NCBI RefSeq assembly: GCF_001194135.2
Contig: NC_068981.1
Coordinates: 33,368,774 to 33,432,773 of the forward strand
From: Octopus bimaculoides
Taxonomy: Eukaryota
Direction: 5' to 3'
DNA: 64,000 nucleotides
In this document: positions 1 to 13,064 of the stretch, piece after piece
How positions within the stretch are numbered: position 1 is the first letter of the stretch
How the letters are laid out: each line of letters opens with the position of its first letter
Program-made: the position numbers and the translations under genes
Notes under the pieces: model-generated
What the model was told of the DNA's origin: nothing
The model's database searches: none
Seen by the model: the letters and a program-made list of their open reading frames with translations, nothing else

Positions 1-234
1 GATCTACTACAGTAGGAAGGTATGAGATGTATTGCTTTGAAGAGGCAATGGACAGGCAAACCAATGAGAGAAAAGAGAAGGGTAGTAAATAATGATAGAT
101 AAATAATGGTAGACATTTCTGCTTATGTTTTACAAGTTTTGTTGGCTACATATAGGTTTTGGGGATGCTTTATTTTTTACAATGGGATCATGGCCCTATC
201 AAGTCGTATGTTCTGCAATGTGACCAATTTTCAG

Positions 235-241
<7 letters not shown>

Positions 242-323
<82 letters not shown>
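242..323. repeat. (GA)n microsatellite
   Basis: Uninterrupted GA dinucleotide run; source of the spurious RERERE ORF. Confidence 0.98.
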
Positions 324-326
<3 letters not shown>

Positions 327-3300
327 GCATGCGCACACACAAACCAATCCTAATACATGGCAAGTACTTTATTTACCTCAAAAGTCGACTTCACATGATT
401 TAAACTCATATAAAAATGAATAGGTGAAAATATTACTCGATGTAAGAAATTACAAGTGAGAATAGTGCAAGAGACAAGAGAAGGATGCTGACTTTAGAGA
501 AAGTGATTTGAAGATCTTAATCAGGGAAAACTGCTGTTAGTTGGAGGAGTTCAAAGAATAATAGACACAACAGTTAAATTTTAAGTGAGTGGTAGATTAA
601 GTGAATTCTACATAAGTGCAGACACTGACTTTTAGTAAAAATAGAACATTGAGTTTAGTCTGGACAGCAGATGTGGATTAGAGATTGAGGAAAAGAAATC
701 TGTATTTCAGAGAGGAATAAGATGTAAGGTTCATACACCAAGAGAAGATGGTAATTAAAATCAAGGTTGAACTAAACTCCACAGGTGGCAATTGTTGTTT
801 GTCGTTTAGCCAAGTCAACTCTGATTGAGCAGACCTATAAATAAAGGCAATCCAATCATACCTATCCTTCCTTTTTTTTTCCTTTCCTGTGAGCAGGAAA
901 CTCAGGGCCACACATCATCCAATATATTCTTTTCTATTACGCTCAGGTAAGATTTGAAAGAATATAACTGCTGTTTCTAGCAGATCAGGCAACTACATAG
1001 AAGTTCTCTTATTGGTTTATCCACAGATGTTTGTTATAGATAGAGGGTAGCTTGCCTAGTCAATTGTTTCTTGGTCTTCTTTTGAGACAATGATTACTCT
1101 GAGTGCCAATTGCTATTTGTTCATTATTACTTATTGTTATTAAGCTGCTGATTTTTGGCATGGAAATATCAGAAATTACATCATATTCACAAGGGTAATT
1201 AAAATTACTTTACATTTCTACTACATCATGCTATAAGGTCATTAACAGGCAAAAATAAAATAGAATAATTGGTGATTGAATTAGTGATAATAATAATTAA
1301 CTTAATTTACATAATTTAATAAGAATATATGAAAATAAAGTACAGGAAGCTGATGTATGGCAACCAGTGTTTTAGTAAAAGTAGAAAGTCAAGGGAATTT
1401 TTGGACTGAACTACAAACATTCCAGGCCATATCTAGAAAACCATTCAATGAATTCATGAACAAGCTCAATCAAGTTCACTTGGGGTTAAACAACAAATGC
1501 CGATTCACAGACATGCTGTGTCTAAAAATAATTTATGGTGGATTTATTAACTGAATAGACAGAGTATTGAACCAAATGCCATGCAGTATTTAGTTGTGTC
1601 TCTTTACATTTTGAGTTCAAATACCACTTTGAAAAACTTTATTCTTTCAAGATAAATGAAATAATAGCAACAAAAGGACTCTGACAGAGAAAACTAACAA
1701 CCAATTGTTCAGTCAACTCATTAAACAAACCACTGGCTAGTTAGTTGGTAAAATAAAGAAGTGGTATTGAACCAGTGCATATGTTTATTAAAATTTTTAT
1801 TGGCATAATGACCCTCCCAACAAGATTTGTTTCAACACATGAATTCACATCAAGAATCTTGCAAACCAAATACAGAAACAAACTAAAATAATTACCATTT
1901 GTCGTTACTAGTCAGTACTAAACTAGTCCTAATCAAAGGCATTTCAGCATGGCCAAAATAATTTTTTTGTATGTTCAGAACTACATTATAAATGTGCTTA
2001 AGATACTAGGATATGTTTTGAGGGAGATTTGGGTGTGATTTCACCAGGCTGAGCAACAGCATAGAGATCACCTTGGATTAAACAAGTATCAGCTATATAT
2101 ATTGCTCACAATTAAAGGTGTGTGATGCAATATTTTATCAACATTTTTGTGACAGCAACAGTTTGAACATTTTACACTATTTTTTTTTACTTTTTAATCA
2201 AGAGGTAAAGCAGTGCCCAAGACCCATTACAAGACCTCCAAGACTAGTGGGAAGGAGGGAGGATGGCACCCTCAAACTGGAAACCTGGCCCAAATGCTTG
2301 CAACAGAGTGAACTCTGAAGCACCCAAGGTGCCAAAAAGTAGTGTTAAATTGGACAATTGGTTAAATCTAGAACACAAAGAGCTGAGACAAATACTATAA
2401 GGCACCTAGTCTCATATCCTTACAATTCTGCCAGTCCACCACCTTGGATTGGTACTTTTTTTATCAATCCTAAAAGGATAAAAGGTAAAGTCGACCTGTG
2501 TGGGTTTTGAACTCAGAGTATGGCAAGCTGGAATATATACTATGACATATTCACTTCTGGGGCTCTAATAACCTTACCAATTCACCACCCTGTGTACAAG
2601 AAGATTCCCACAAATTATGTTCATTTAGGTTTTAAACATAGGTACAAGGTCATAAATGTGGGAAGAAAGACCACCAATCTATGAACCAGTGCTTGGTGAG
2701 TGGGCTGGATAATCTTTTGTATACAGTTTAGGATATTTATAATCATTTAGTTGGTTTGCATTTTTTTCCACTAAATCAGTTTTACATACATCATTTTTCT
2801 TTGTTTATTATGACTATTACTCTCAAGCACCACTATAATAAAGATGGAAAGAGTCCTGATGATTTATAACATGATGCTTCATTCTCCATCTGATTACAAA
2901 TTCTCAAGAAATACTAGATGTTTTTATTACTGTTGCTATTTTCTCAGCAATTGTCTGTATGTATCATCTTCAGAGCCTACTTGTAAATCTTTTTAAGTGC
3001 TATCTCAATCTTTCTGATAACAGATTGAGTAATTTTCAAATAAAAAGTCACACTAGCATGATATTTACTGTTATTTATAAAGGGTATAGTATTAATAATA
3101 ATGATAGTTCATGTTTGATGATGATGGCGATGATTTCAAACTTAAGTAGAAAGACCATAAGTTTGTCAAGTGTAGTGTAGGCAATTGAATCTATCAGTGT
3201 ATTTGGTTGGTATTTATTCAAGTGAGTCCAAAAGAAGGGACGATAAAATCAATCTAGGCAGGATCTGAGCTCAGAATGTATAGCAACATAATTAAATGCC

Positions 3301-3355
3301 CCAAGGCATTTTGTTTCAAATGAAATTAAAAACCACAAACAGTGTACTTAGAAAT

Positions 3356-3479
3356 TATAGATGTTTTCAATCTAGTTTGGATTCTTTGCCATCAAATTTG
3401 AATTCTTTGCAATCAAATTTGATTGCAAAGAATTCAAATTTGATGGCAAAGAATCCAAACTGGATCGAAAACATCTATA
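3356..3479. repeat. 124-bp spacer-less near-perfect palindrome with internal 21-bp units
   Basis: 3356-3417 is the reverse complement of 3418-3479 with 2 mismatches; internal unit attctttgc(c/a)atcaaatttga. Confidence 0.95.
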
Positions 3480-3594
3480 TAAAGTTCCAATCTTCTTACT
3501 AAGCTAGCTAATGCATATATCAAGTCATCCCATAAGTTCTGCCTGAATTTTGAATAAAGAAAACAAATGATCAAATGTTATATTTAATTGAAAT

Positions 3595-4610
3595 TTAATC
3601 ATCAATGTACTTTCCCTGATTATCTATGACTTCTTTCCATCTATTTACAAGCTTTTTAATCCCATCAATGTAAAACTCTTTTGGTTTCAAAGTGAAAAAC
3701 TCTGAAATGTCATTTTCAACCTCCTCCTGGCTTGTAAAAGTTATGTCCCCCAAATGATTCTGTAAACTACGAAACAAATGGTAGTCTGAAGGAGCAAGGT
3801 CGGGAGAATAAGGTAGATGAGGAATTTTTTCCCAACCAAGCTCTTCGATCTTCTGTAATGCGATCTTTGCAGTGTGGAGTCACGCATTGTCCTGATGAAA
3901 CATCACTCCTTTTTGATGCACTAAAGTGGGCCTTTCTTTCTTCAAAGCTTGGTTCAAACGCTCTAATTGCTGGCAGTAGACTTGAGCATTGATTGTTGCA
4001 TTAGGTGATAACAATTCAAAGTGAATTACTCCTTTGCAATCCAACCAGATAGAGAGAAGAACCTTTTTCCCATGAAGTTCCCTTCTCGGTTGAGATTGAG
4101 TTTTTTTTTCCTTTTACCAAGCCACTGTTTACGACATTTAACATTTTAATAGAAGATCCATTTTACGTCACCAGTCACAAGTCTATCCAAAAAGGATGAA
4201 ATGAGTTCGCGAGAGATGTCAACTTGGGATTTGCGGTTGTTTTAAGACAATTCATGAGGCACACATTTCCCAAGTTTAGGAACCTTTCCAAGTTGTTGAA
4301 GATGATGATGAACAGTTGTATGGTTTGAACTAAGCTCTATTGTCAATTCTTCAACTGATAATGCAGGATTTTCTTCAAGTAATGCCTCAAGGAGCTTATC
4401 ATCAAACTCAACTGGATGTCCTGTTCGATCTTCATCTTCAAGGCTGAAATTTCCACTTCTGAATTTTGAAAACCATCTTCTGCAAGTTCTTTCATTCAAG
4501 CATTCATTCCCATAAACGGAGTGTATGTTTCAAGTCGCTTCGGCTGCAGAGTTTCCTTTTTTGTACTCATAAAGCATTATGTGCCTTAAATGCTCTTTGG
4601 ATACTTCCAT
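3595..4610 (-). pseudogene. Mariner transposase pseudogene (stops and frameshifts)
   Basis: Fragments MEVSKEHLRHIMLYEYKKG, RTCRRWFSKFRSGNFSLEDEDRTGHP, KLGKCVPHELS (WVPHEL-like), LVTGDVKWIFY, HQDNA, PYSPDLAPSDYHLFRSL, KEFYIDGIKKLVNRWKEVIDNQGKYIDD*. Confidence 0.95.
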
Positions 4611-4769
4611 GTTAGAAAGAATTTTAATCAAAGAAATTTTAATTCTATTATTCTGTAAAATAATNNNNNNNNNNNNNNNNNNNNNNNNNNNNNNNNNNNN
4701 NNNNNNNNNNNNAAAATAATATCTAATTAGTTTAAATGTACACAAATGCATAAAAATAATTTTTAATTC

Positions 4770-5030
4770 CGCGGGTGGCACATAAAATACACCATTTTGA
4801 GCGTGGCCGTTGCCAGTACCGCCTGACTGGCCTTCGTGCGGGTGACACGTAAAAGCACCCACTACACACTCTGAGTGGTTGGCGTTAGGAAGGGCATCCA
4901 GCTGTAGAAACTCTGCCAAATCAGATTGGAGCCTGGTGTAGCCATCCGGTTTCACCAGTCCTCAGTCAAATCGCCCAACTCATGCTAGCATGGAAAGCGG
5001 ATGTTAAACGATGATGATGATGATGATGAT
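4770..5030 (+). mobile_element. 5'-truncated RTE-LINE 3' tail nested in the mariner 5' UTR
   Basis: aaaagcacc units, ggaagggcatccagctgtagaaactctgcc core, catgctagcatggaaagcggatgttaaacgatgatg end; mariner sequence resumes after it. Confidence 0.85.
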
Positions 5031-5319
5031 TAGACATTCTAAAATACTACTAAATTTCATTCAATTTTAAAAAAGGTAAAATCGGACAGAACTTATGGGA
5101 TGACCTGATACACAAAATATTTAAGGACTTATGAAAAAGCAAGAAACCACATTTAAATGACTTAGTGAAAAGCAAACAAAAGAATTAATTTCCAAGACTA
5201 ACAAAACAATAAACCTTTTCCTCCCAACAAAAAACTGCAAACCTTCATATCACCGGTATGGGAAATCTAAACAGTAGTACTTATGCAAAAACTAAATGCA
5301 CACCTGTAAAAGAAAACAA

Positions 5320-5500
5320 TGTCCATGTTCCATGCTGGCATGGACTGGACAGTTTGACAGAATCCAATTGTCCTAAGAACTGCATCATGCTCCACAGAAT
5401 GTTTGACATGGTTTCTATGGCTGGAGGCCTTTTCCTAACACCAATTACTTTGCAGTGTATACAAGGAGCTTTTTTGTGCCACCAGCACTAGTGAGATTAC
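5320..5500 (-). mobile_element. Degenerate RTE-LINE 3' tail
   Basis: ttccatgctggcatgg and cctttcctaacaccaattact match the shared tail in reverse. Confidence 0.7.
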
Positions 5501-6882
5501 ATGACTATGAACCCAAAGAGGCAAGCATTATGCTAAGAGATGATGGGGAAACACATGAGAGAAGGGACCAGAGTAGAAAAGATTTTTGCTGTAGAGGAGC
5601 TACATGACTATTCACATTATAGAAGAGAGAGTGAGAGTGATTGGGTAGAGCTGGAAAGCAATAAAAATAGTTGGGATAGGTGTCAGGTTGAACTTTCAAG
5701 GTATGAGGTGGGTAGGAATGAGTGGGGCTGAGAGACAAGGAGTGTGGATAAGAAAAGAAACTTCTCCATATATCATCATCATCATCATCATCGTTTAACA
5801 TCCACTTTCCATGGTAAAAATAAAGTACACTGAGTCAAAATGATTCAGATAAAAAACTAAATAACAGAAAGACTGACTCTAGATTAGACTCTAAAATAGA
5901 ATATATACATATGTCTATATGTTAGAAAGAATTTCTCAACTTGAAAACTATCTATATCTTAATTTGTAACAAATTTGTTACATAAATAATAAATACATGG
6001 CTTATATCTCACCCAGGTGGTTCTGTTATTTTTTTTTGCTATGGTATCATCCCGGCATAGCTATAGTGCACTAGCTGAAGCCATTAAGAGAATGCATATC
6101 CATACACATGATATAAGCATATGTTAAAACAATGAAATATTTATTAGCATTTATAACCAATGACACTTTTCTTCACAAGTACATGACATAAATAAAATTT
6201 TGAAAATACAGATAGGCTACTGAGATGCTTATCAGCTCATATTTCATATTTTCCATGCAATTTTAAACATAGAACACTTTCACTTAAGCATGTACGATTT
6301 ATTTTGCAAGGTAACATTCAAGTTTACATGCCTGGTTATTCACAATGCCTTATAATTATCAGAGTCACTTATGCAAACTGGAGAAAGGAGTAGCCCAAAG
6401 AAATATACCAGGAAGCTAAAATAACAGTAGCTATCTGGCATACTTAATAAAAAGAGAAGTGGAATGGAAGAGGTTTGCTAATACTTTCACAGTCAATAAC
6501 AGAGGTGTGAAGTGTTCTGCATTGCTTAAGAGTATGTTAGTATAAATCAGGACATCAGTAATGAAAAGTTGGTTCATCATGATAGAAGTACACTAACCTC
6601 ATTGACACAAAGAGGAAGGAAGTATGAAAATGTTACTGTAAGAAGTTGTTAAATGAAAAGAACGCGTATGAGAGAGTATTCCAAAGAGACCAACAAAAGG
6701 GACTGCCTATTGAAATTCACAGCTATACAGTAAAAAATGACCGTTAAAAAAATGAAGGCACGGAAAGAAACTGGACCACCATCTGAAAAGCATCCAACCA
6801 AACAGAACATGTGGTAGTCATTCACAAAGTGAACCAGATACAGTATGACATATCTATGTACTATTGCTAGCATAGCTGTATT

Positions 6883-7212
6883 ATCATCAACTGCTATAAA
6901 GGCAAAGGAAATGCTCTAGAAGGAAGTAACAACAGAGGCATCAAATTAATGGGCCAAGTTATGAAATAAAAAAAAGGATTAATTATAGCACAACAAATAA
7001 GGAAGAAAATTATCTTGTGAGATGCAAACCAGGTTTGTGTCAGGACAGAGTGCTACTAGTGCGCCCTGCAGAAGAAAGTCTCAACAAAAAGCAAGCCACT
7101 ATACCTTGTATTTGTTGATCTGGAGAAGGTCTTTGACAAGAGTGTTATACTCTGTAGTCTGGTGATTGTTAAGAAAACAAGGCATAGATGAATGATATAT
7201 GAGAACCATGCA
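6883..7212 (+). pseudogene. RTE-clade LINE reverse transcriptase remnant
   Basis: Translates to IINCYKGKGNALEGSNNRGIKLMGQVMK and KPLYLVFVDLEKVFDK, matching the RTE motifs NCYKGKGDAL..NYRGIKL and FVDLEKAFD; interrupted by frameshifts. Confidence 0.88.
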
Positions 7213-8108
7213 AGGAATCAAATGTGTGCAAGAGAGAAGACTGAGGTGTCAAAGACTCATAATGCATATGGAGGGTATCAGCTGAGTTGAGAAATGCCAA
7301 GTGATCCAGGTGGAAAGAACCTGCAGATGAGGCAGTGGCAGTGAAGACACAGGGAAAAGGTGATGAAAGTTGAGGTTCAGGAAGGAGATGACAATGGATT
7401 GCAGCAAGTTGTGAGACACTATGCTGAATAAGACCTGTCCAACCCATTCAAGCATAGAAAAATATATGTAAAATGATGACAATGATGATGATGGTTGCAG
7501 CGGTGGCAGCAGTAGTGGTAGCAACAGCAGAGGTGGTGATGACAATGTGATGATGATGATGATGATGATAATGATGATGATGATGATGATGATGATAAGC
7601 ACAGCTTGTTTCAACACCCACATTATGGTATATTATTTTTTATTATTAAATTATATAAAGATATTAGTGTTTGTAAATATCACTTTATAGAAAACAATAC
7701 TGGTTGCTAAAAATATCCAACAATATATCTAATTATTTTGGAAATGAATGTGGTATAACTTAGTTTTCATCTCTGGAGGAGCAATTAGATAAATATCGAA
7801 ATGAGTAAATGACCAAAGTGATTAAGGCAATATGGGTATGAAGTTGATTAGTTGATAGACATAGTGGATTGATGTGGGCAAGTTTCAGGCTTAAATTCCA
7901 TCTAAAGACTAGACTTTGAAGGGGCAACCTCTATGTGGTTGCTTGATCAGCTAGAAATAACAGCAAAATCTGTCATGTCACAAAAAAAAAAGAATATTAA
8001 GTATGTTATAACAACAAAGGAGTCTCTAGGCCAGTGCGCCGCAACCAGTATACAGTGGCACACTGGTGTGCCACAAGATGATGATAATTTTTTTCCCCTA
8101 TACTTGTA

Positions 8109-8240
8109 GGCGTAGGAGTGGCTGTGTGGTAAGTAGCTTGCTTAAGAACTGCATGGTTCCGGGGTTCAGTCCCACTGCGTGGCACCTCCAAAGCCTTGTG
8201 AGTGGATTTGGTAGACGGAAACTGAAAGAAGCCCGTCGTA

Positions 8241-8279
<39 letters not shown>

Positions 8280-8480
8280 TTGTGTGTCTGTGTTTGTCCC
8301 CCAACATCGCTTGACAACCGATGCTGGTGTGTTTATGTCCCCGTAACTTAGCAGTTCGGCAAAAGCGATCAACAGAATAAGTACTAGGCTTACAAAGAAT
8401 AAGTCCTGGGGTTGATCTGCTCGACTAAAGGCGGTGCTCCAGCATGGCCACAGTCAAACGACTGAAACAAGTAAAAGAGA
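8109..8480 (+). mobile_element. tRNA-derived SINE (Octopus OK/OR-like), near full length
   Basis: A box TGGCTGTGTGG (8119-8129), B box GGTTCAGTCCC (8163-8173), internal (TA)n/(TG)n, tail ...actgaaacaagtaaaagag; many related partial copies in the window. Confidence 0.85.
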
Positions 8481-9114
8481 GAGTAGTTATATTTTTAGTT
8501 CAGGAGTACCACCGAATTTTGAAAAGAATATACATGTACTACAAGTGAAAAAAAGGTTGCAGACCCCACTACTCTAAGCTGTCATTTGACTTGTGAAAAA
8601 TAGCAGCCAAATCTTCCATTAGAAAAAAATAGGAAGACAGTATTAATTAATACAATCTTAGATACAATGTCTGGAAATAAAAGATATGATGGTCAGTCAC
8701 TGCTACAATGATTTTATTGTAAGTCTCCAATATCAGGGTGAGCAGGTGCTAAATAACAACAAGCTCTGTACTAAGTGAATTTAGGTAGTATTTTAATAGC
8801 AAAATCACAGTACATAACTGTGAACCGTAGAATATGTAGTTCAGTCCACATTTCCAACACCATACTAACTACTAAAATACAAGATAGATAATTAGATATT
8901 ACCATTTCAATACTGGCAAGATTTATTTATACTGCTAGATATTGCCCTTTAGCAAAATATCTATTATAACATTGTCAGGAGACAATGTTTACAGGACCAA
9001 GAACATCTACCAAATCCACTCACAAGGCTTTGGTCATCCTGAGGCTATAGTAGAAGACATTTGCCGAAGGTGCCATGCAGTAGGACTGAACCCGAAAAAA
9101 TATATATTCACATA

Positions 9115-9121
9115 AGTAGTA

Positions 9122-9203
<82 letters not shown>
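9115..9203. repeat. (GTA)n microsatellite
   Basis: Trinucleotide run with one interruption. Confidence 0.97.
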
Positions 9204-9487
9204 GGTGGGGGTGCTAAACAGTGATGAGAAATAAATTTGGTTTAGTTCTGACATATTTTAACTTCTAAAGGCAATTTCACAGCAGTTTACCATCGAGAAA
9301 GAATATCTGCTTATGGTAAAAGATGTAAAACCACATTATCTGCTCAGTGTTGCCTTGTATCAGATGCCTAGATGCATTTCTGGTTCCTTAGCCTTCCTCA
9401 AAGGGAGATACCAAAGAGAGACAACCCTGAGCAGGTTAGGAAGTCGTAGCTTTATAATAGAACAGTCAATATTAGAGACTAACTTAC

Positions 9488-9556
9488 ACTCAAAGACTGC
9501 CCAGTCAGAGCAAATAAAGTAGTAGCAGCAGTAAGCAGTGATGAGAAATACAGAAA
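9488..9556 (-). CDS. Candidate 69-bp coding exon (FLYFSSLLTAATTLFALTGQSLS), unassigned
   Basis: aacctacag acceptor, gtaagt donor, open hydrophobic frame, phase 0-0; no homology recognised. Confidence 0.25.
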
Positions 9557-9928
9557 CTGTAGGTTACACACACACACACACATATACATAAGCACACAAA
9601 TACAGATACACAAGCAAATATGTGCCCAAGCAAATACATTACATTCTACAAAGGGCGTCATGGTCATAGAAAATATTCAATTCAAATGTAGCTTATATTT
9701 ATTAATATATATTATCGTTAAACTCTATAACAAAGTTTCAAGTTAGCAAAGACATTCATTCAGATGGATAATGACTAAAGAATTTCGTTTAAATAATGAA
9801 ATGAAAGTTATTAAATGGTGTTCATTATCAATGGTGACATGTTGTAAATAAATATCCAGTTAGACTGAAACAGCAAAATTTTCAAAAGGATCTTGACAGA
9901 AAAATCTTATTTCTGTATATCCCGCGCG

Positions 9929-9930
<2 letters not shown>

Positions 9931-10008
<78 letters not shown>
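9931..10008. repeat. (TG)n microsatellite
   Basis: Uninterrupted TG run. Confidence 0.98.
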
Positions 10009-10012
<4 letters not shown>

Positions 10013-10168
10013 CATACATACAGACACACACAGACGCATATCTGGTTTCAAAGCAATAAATGTACTTGAGGTTAGAAAGAAAAGTTAATATCATCATATG
10101 AGACAGAAATGAAAGACTATAAACAACCAAGAAAATTTTGTAATAATATCAATCTTTACTCAGGTACA

Positions 10169-10170
<2 letters not shown>

Positions 10171-10206
<36 letters not shown>

Positions 10207-10233
10207 TGTGTGTGTGTGTGTGTGTGTGTGTGT
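10171..10233. repeat. Head-to-head (CA)n-aa-(TG)n palindromic microsatellite
   Basis: CA run immediately followed by its reverse complement. Confidence 0.93.
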
Positions 10234-10707
10234 TTACACTGAACTCTGCCATTGATCATAGAACAATCTGCCATCATTATCGTTGGCAGCAATAAAGTAG
10301 TAAGGAGAGCAAAGTGGAAGAGCAAATGTTTAGTTCAATGCCAGCTTTTCACATCATTCTGGTTATTTTCATCTCTCCTCAGGTTATAATTGATCAATGG
10401 AGGATCTTAATGAGCTTGCACAGATCAATAAACTTTTTTCTAGGACAAAAGCAAAATATTTAAACAAAAACAATTTATTTATTGATATAACACACACACA
10501 CACAAATACACACACACAACTCATATACACACACGTTCACACTTAGAGATTCTCTCTTTCTTTATTTCTCTTTCACATTTCCTCTATTATTTTACATATG
10601 CACATGGAAATACTCAAAGGTGTACTGTAGTTATCACAGCAAAACTTGCTTGAGGAATCTTTTTACATTTAATACTATTCTTAAAACCACAGACTAGATA
10701 GAGCAAG

Positions 10708-10711
<4 letters not shown>

Positions 10712-10791
<80 letters not shown>

Positions 10792-10801
10792 TTATACATA
10801 A

Positions 10802-10850
<49 letters not shown>

Positions 10851-10983
10851 TATATATACACACACGTGTGTGTGCACGTGTGTATGCATATATATATCAC
10901 AATCATCATCATTTAACATTTGTTGTCCATGCTGGCATGGGTTGGACGGTTTGAACAGGGCAGGCAAGCTAGAAGGCTGCACC

Positions 10984-11014
<31 letters not shown>

Positions 11015-11024
11015 NNNNNNNNNN

Positions 11025-11076
<52 letters not shown>

Positions 11077-11500
11077 TACATATAGACACACACATATATG
11101 TATATATATATGTATGTATATATATATATATCATCATCATCATCATCGTTTAACGTCCGCTTTCCATGCTAGCATGGGTTGGACGACTTGACTGAGGACT
11201 GGTGAAACCGGATGGCAACACCAGGCTCCAATCCAAATTTGGCAGAGTTTCTACAGCTGGATGCCCTTCCTAACGCCAACCACATTATCATCATCATTGT
11301 TTAACATTCCATGCTGGATGATTTGACTGAGGACTGGCGAACTGGATGGCTGCACCAGGCTCCAACCTGATCTGGCAAAGTTTCTACAGCTGGATGTCCT
11401 TCCTAATGCCAAATACTCCGAGAGTGTAGTGGGTGCTTTTACGTGGCACCGGCATGAGGGCCAGTCAGGCAGTACTGGCAACAACCACGCTCAAATGGTG

Positions 11501-11532
<32 letters not shown>

Positions 11533-11592
11533 ATGTGTATATATACATATATATATACATATATATATACATATATAGATGTATATATAATG

Positions 11593-11640
<48 letters not shown>

Positions 11641-11980
11641 NNNNNNNNNNNNNNNNNNNNNNNNNNNNNNNNNNNNNNNNNNNNNNNNNNNNNNNNNNNN
11701 NNNNNNNNNNNNNNNNNNNNNNNNNNNNNNNNNNNNNNNNNNNNNNNNNNNNNNNNNNNNNNNNNNNNNNNNNNNNNNNNNNNNNNNNNNNNNNNNNNNN
11801 NNNNNNNNNNNNNNNNNNNNNNNNNNNNNNNNNNNNNNNNNNNNNNNNNNNNNNNNNNNNNNNNNNNNNNNNNNNNNNNNNNNNNNNNNNNNNNNNNNNN
11901 NNNNNNNNNNNNNNNNNNNNNNNNNNNNNNNNNNNNNNNNNNNNNNNNNNNNNNNNNNNNNNNNNNNNNNNNNNNNNNNN

Positions 11981-12024
<44 letters not shown>

Positions 12025-12120
12025 TAAATACATATACATATATATATTATATACACACACATACATATACATATATATATATTATATACACACACATACA
12101 TATACACTCACACAACAGAC
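10712..12120. repeat. Compound (CA)/(TA)/(TG) microsatellite cluster with nested LINE tails and two assembly gaps
   Basis: Dense dinucleotide runs; N-runs at 11015-11024 and 11641-11980. Confidence 0.95.
11131..11500 (-). mobile_element. Two stacked RTE-LINE 3' tails
   Basis: (CAT)n-cgtttaacgtccgctttccatgctagcatggg at ~11131, then a second (CAT)n-tttaacattccatgctgg tail from ~11285. Confidence 0.85.
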
Positions 12121-12430
12121 ATACATACATACAAGCTCTGACAAAGCAATGGGAATAATAACTGGAGGTGCCATGTTCCTATAGATGAAATACCTGTAAG
12201 CTAATAAATGTAATTATATAACTCTAATTCTTTTGTTACTTAATTAACATCATATATATTTATATATTTGATGATGTCACCTTCCTTAGGCACTACCCTG
12301 AGTTTCATGTATCACCTTCTTGGTTGCAACTTTAAAAAAATAAATAAACTCTACAATATGGATTGAGTGTATTTTTTATTATTTCATGATTTTAAATTCA
12401 AGCACTTATGTGTGTGTTTGTTGAAGAGTG

Positions 12431-12662
12431 TGGAGGTGCGTGGCTTAATGGTTGTGGTTTCGATTCCTGGACCGGGTGACGCGTTGTGTTCTTGAGCAAA
12501 ACTCTTTATTTTACGTTGCTCCAGTCCGCACAGCTGGCAAAAATGAGTAACGCTGCAATGGACTGGCGTCCTGTCCAGCTGGGGAACACATACGCCATTG
12601 AAACCGGGAAACCGGGCCCATGAGCCTGGCTAGGCTTTAAAAGGGCGCATTTATTATTTTAT
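12431..12662 (+). mobile_element. Young tRNA-headed SINE (second family) with 14-bp target-site duplication
   Basis: TSD tttgttgaagagtg at 12417-12430 and 12663-12676; A-box-like tggcttaatgg, B-box-like gtttcgattcc; central ttgtgttcttgagcaaaac domain; CpGs retained. Confidence 0.9.
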
Positions 12663-12997
12663 TTTGTTGAAGAGTGCGACTAAATCCATCATAACCTTTT
12701 TAACCAATCACAGCAAGGAAAATCTAGCATCCTGATGTTAGTAATGAACACACACACACAGAGTTAAAAAGGCCTTGCCTAATTTTTAATTACCAAAATG
12801 TTAACAGAAGTAAAGTCAACTGTACATCGCATTTTTGTATATATATATAAATCACTGTTTATCCAGAAAAGAGAAACTTGTTTTCTATCATAACATAGGA
12901 AATCAAAGAATGAAAAGCTTTTCTGTAATTGATGTGACTGTTGGGGATTTTAATATATCATTTTTGCTTTTTAATGAATGTTGTCAAATAAACTCAC

Positions 12998-13064
12998 AAA
13001 AAGAATTCCAAAGAAATCCAAATTTAAAACTGAAAGTCTATCCAGTCTCTTTAATATGGAGAAC
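12998..13064 (-). CDS. Candidate 67-bp coding exon (FSILKRLDRLSVLNLDFFGILF), unassigned
   Basis: cttattag acceptor, gtgagt donor, single open frame; ends in phase 0, compatible with 9488-9556. Confidence 0.25.

Larger units (their letters stand above)
3520..5108 (-). mobile_element. Full-length decayed Tc1/mariner (mariner-type) DNA transposon
   Basis: Left TIR tcaagtcatcccataagttctgcctgaattt at 3520; right end reverse-complements to tcaggtcatcccataagttctgtccgattt, ending 5108. TA on both flanks (3518-19, 5109-10). About 1.3 kb after removing the nested insert. Confidence 0.93.

Noticed and set aside
8109-8185. tRNA-like sequence with A and B boxes
   Set aside because: Continues into a SINE body and recurs as many diverged copies; no convincing cloverleaf.
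159-12107. Long ORFs rich in YI, HT, VC, RE or X in the ORF track
   Set aside because: They are translations of microsatellites and N gaps; the same applies at 38883-39306 and 61183-61486.
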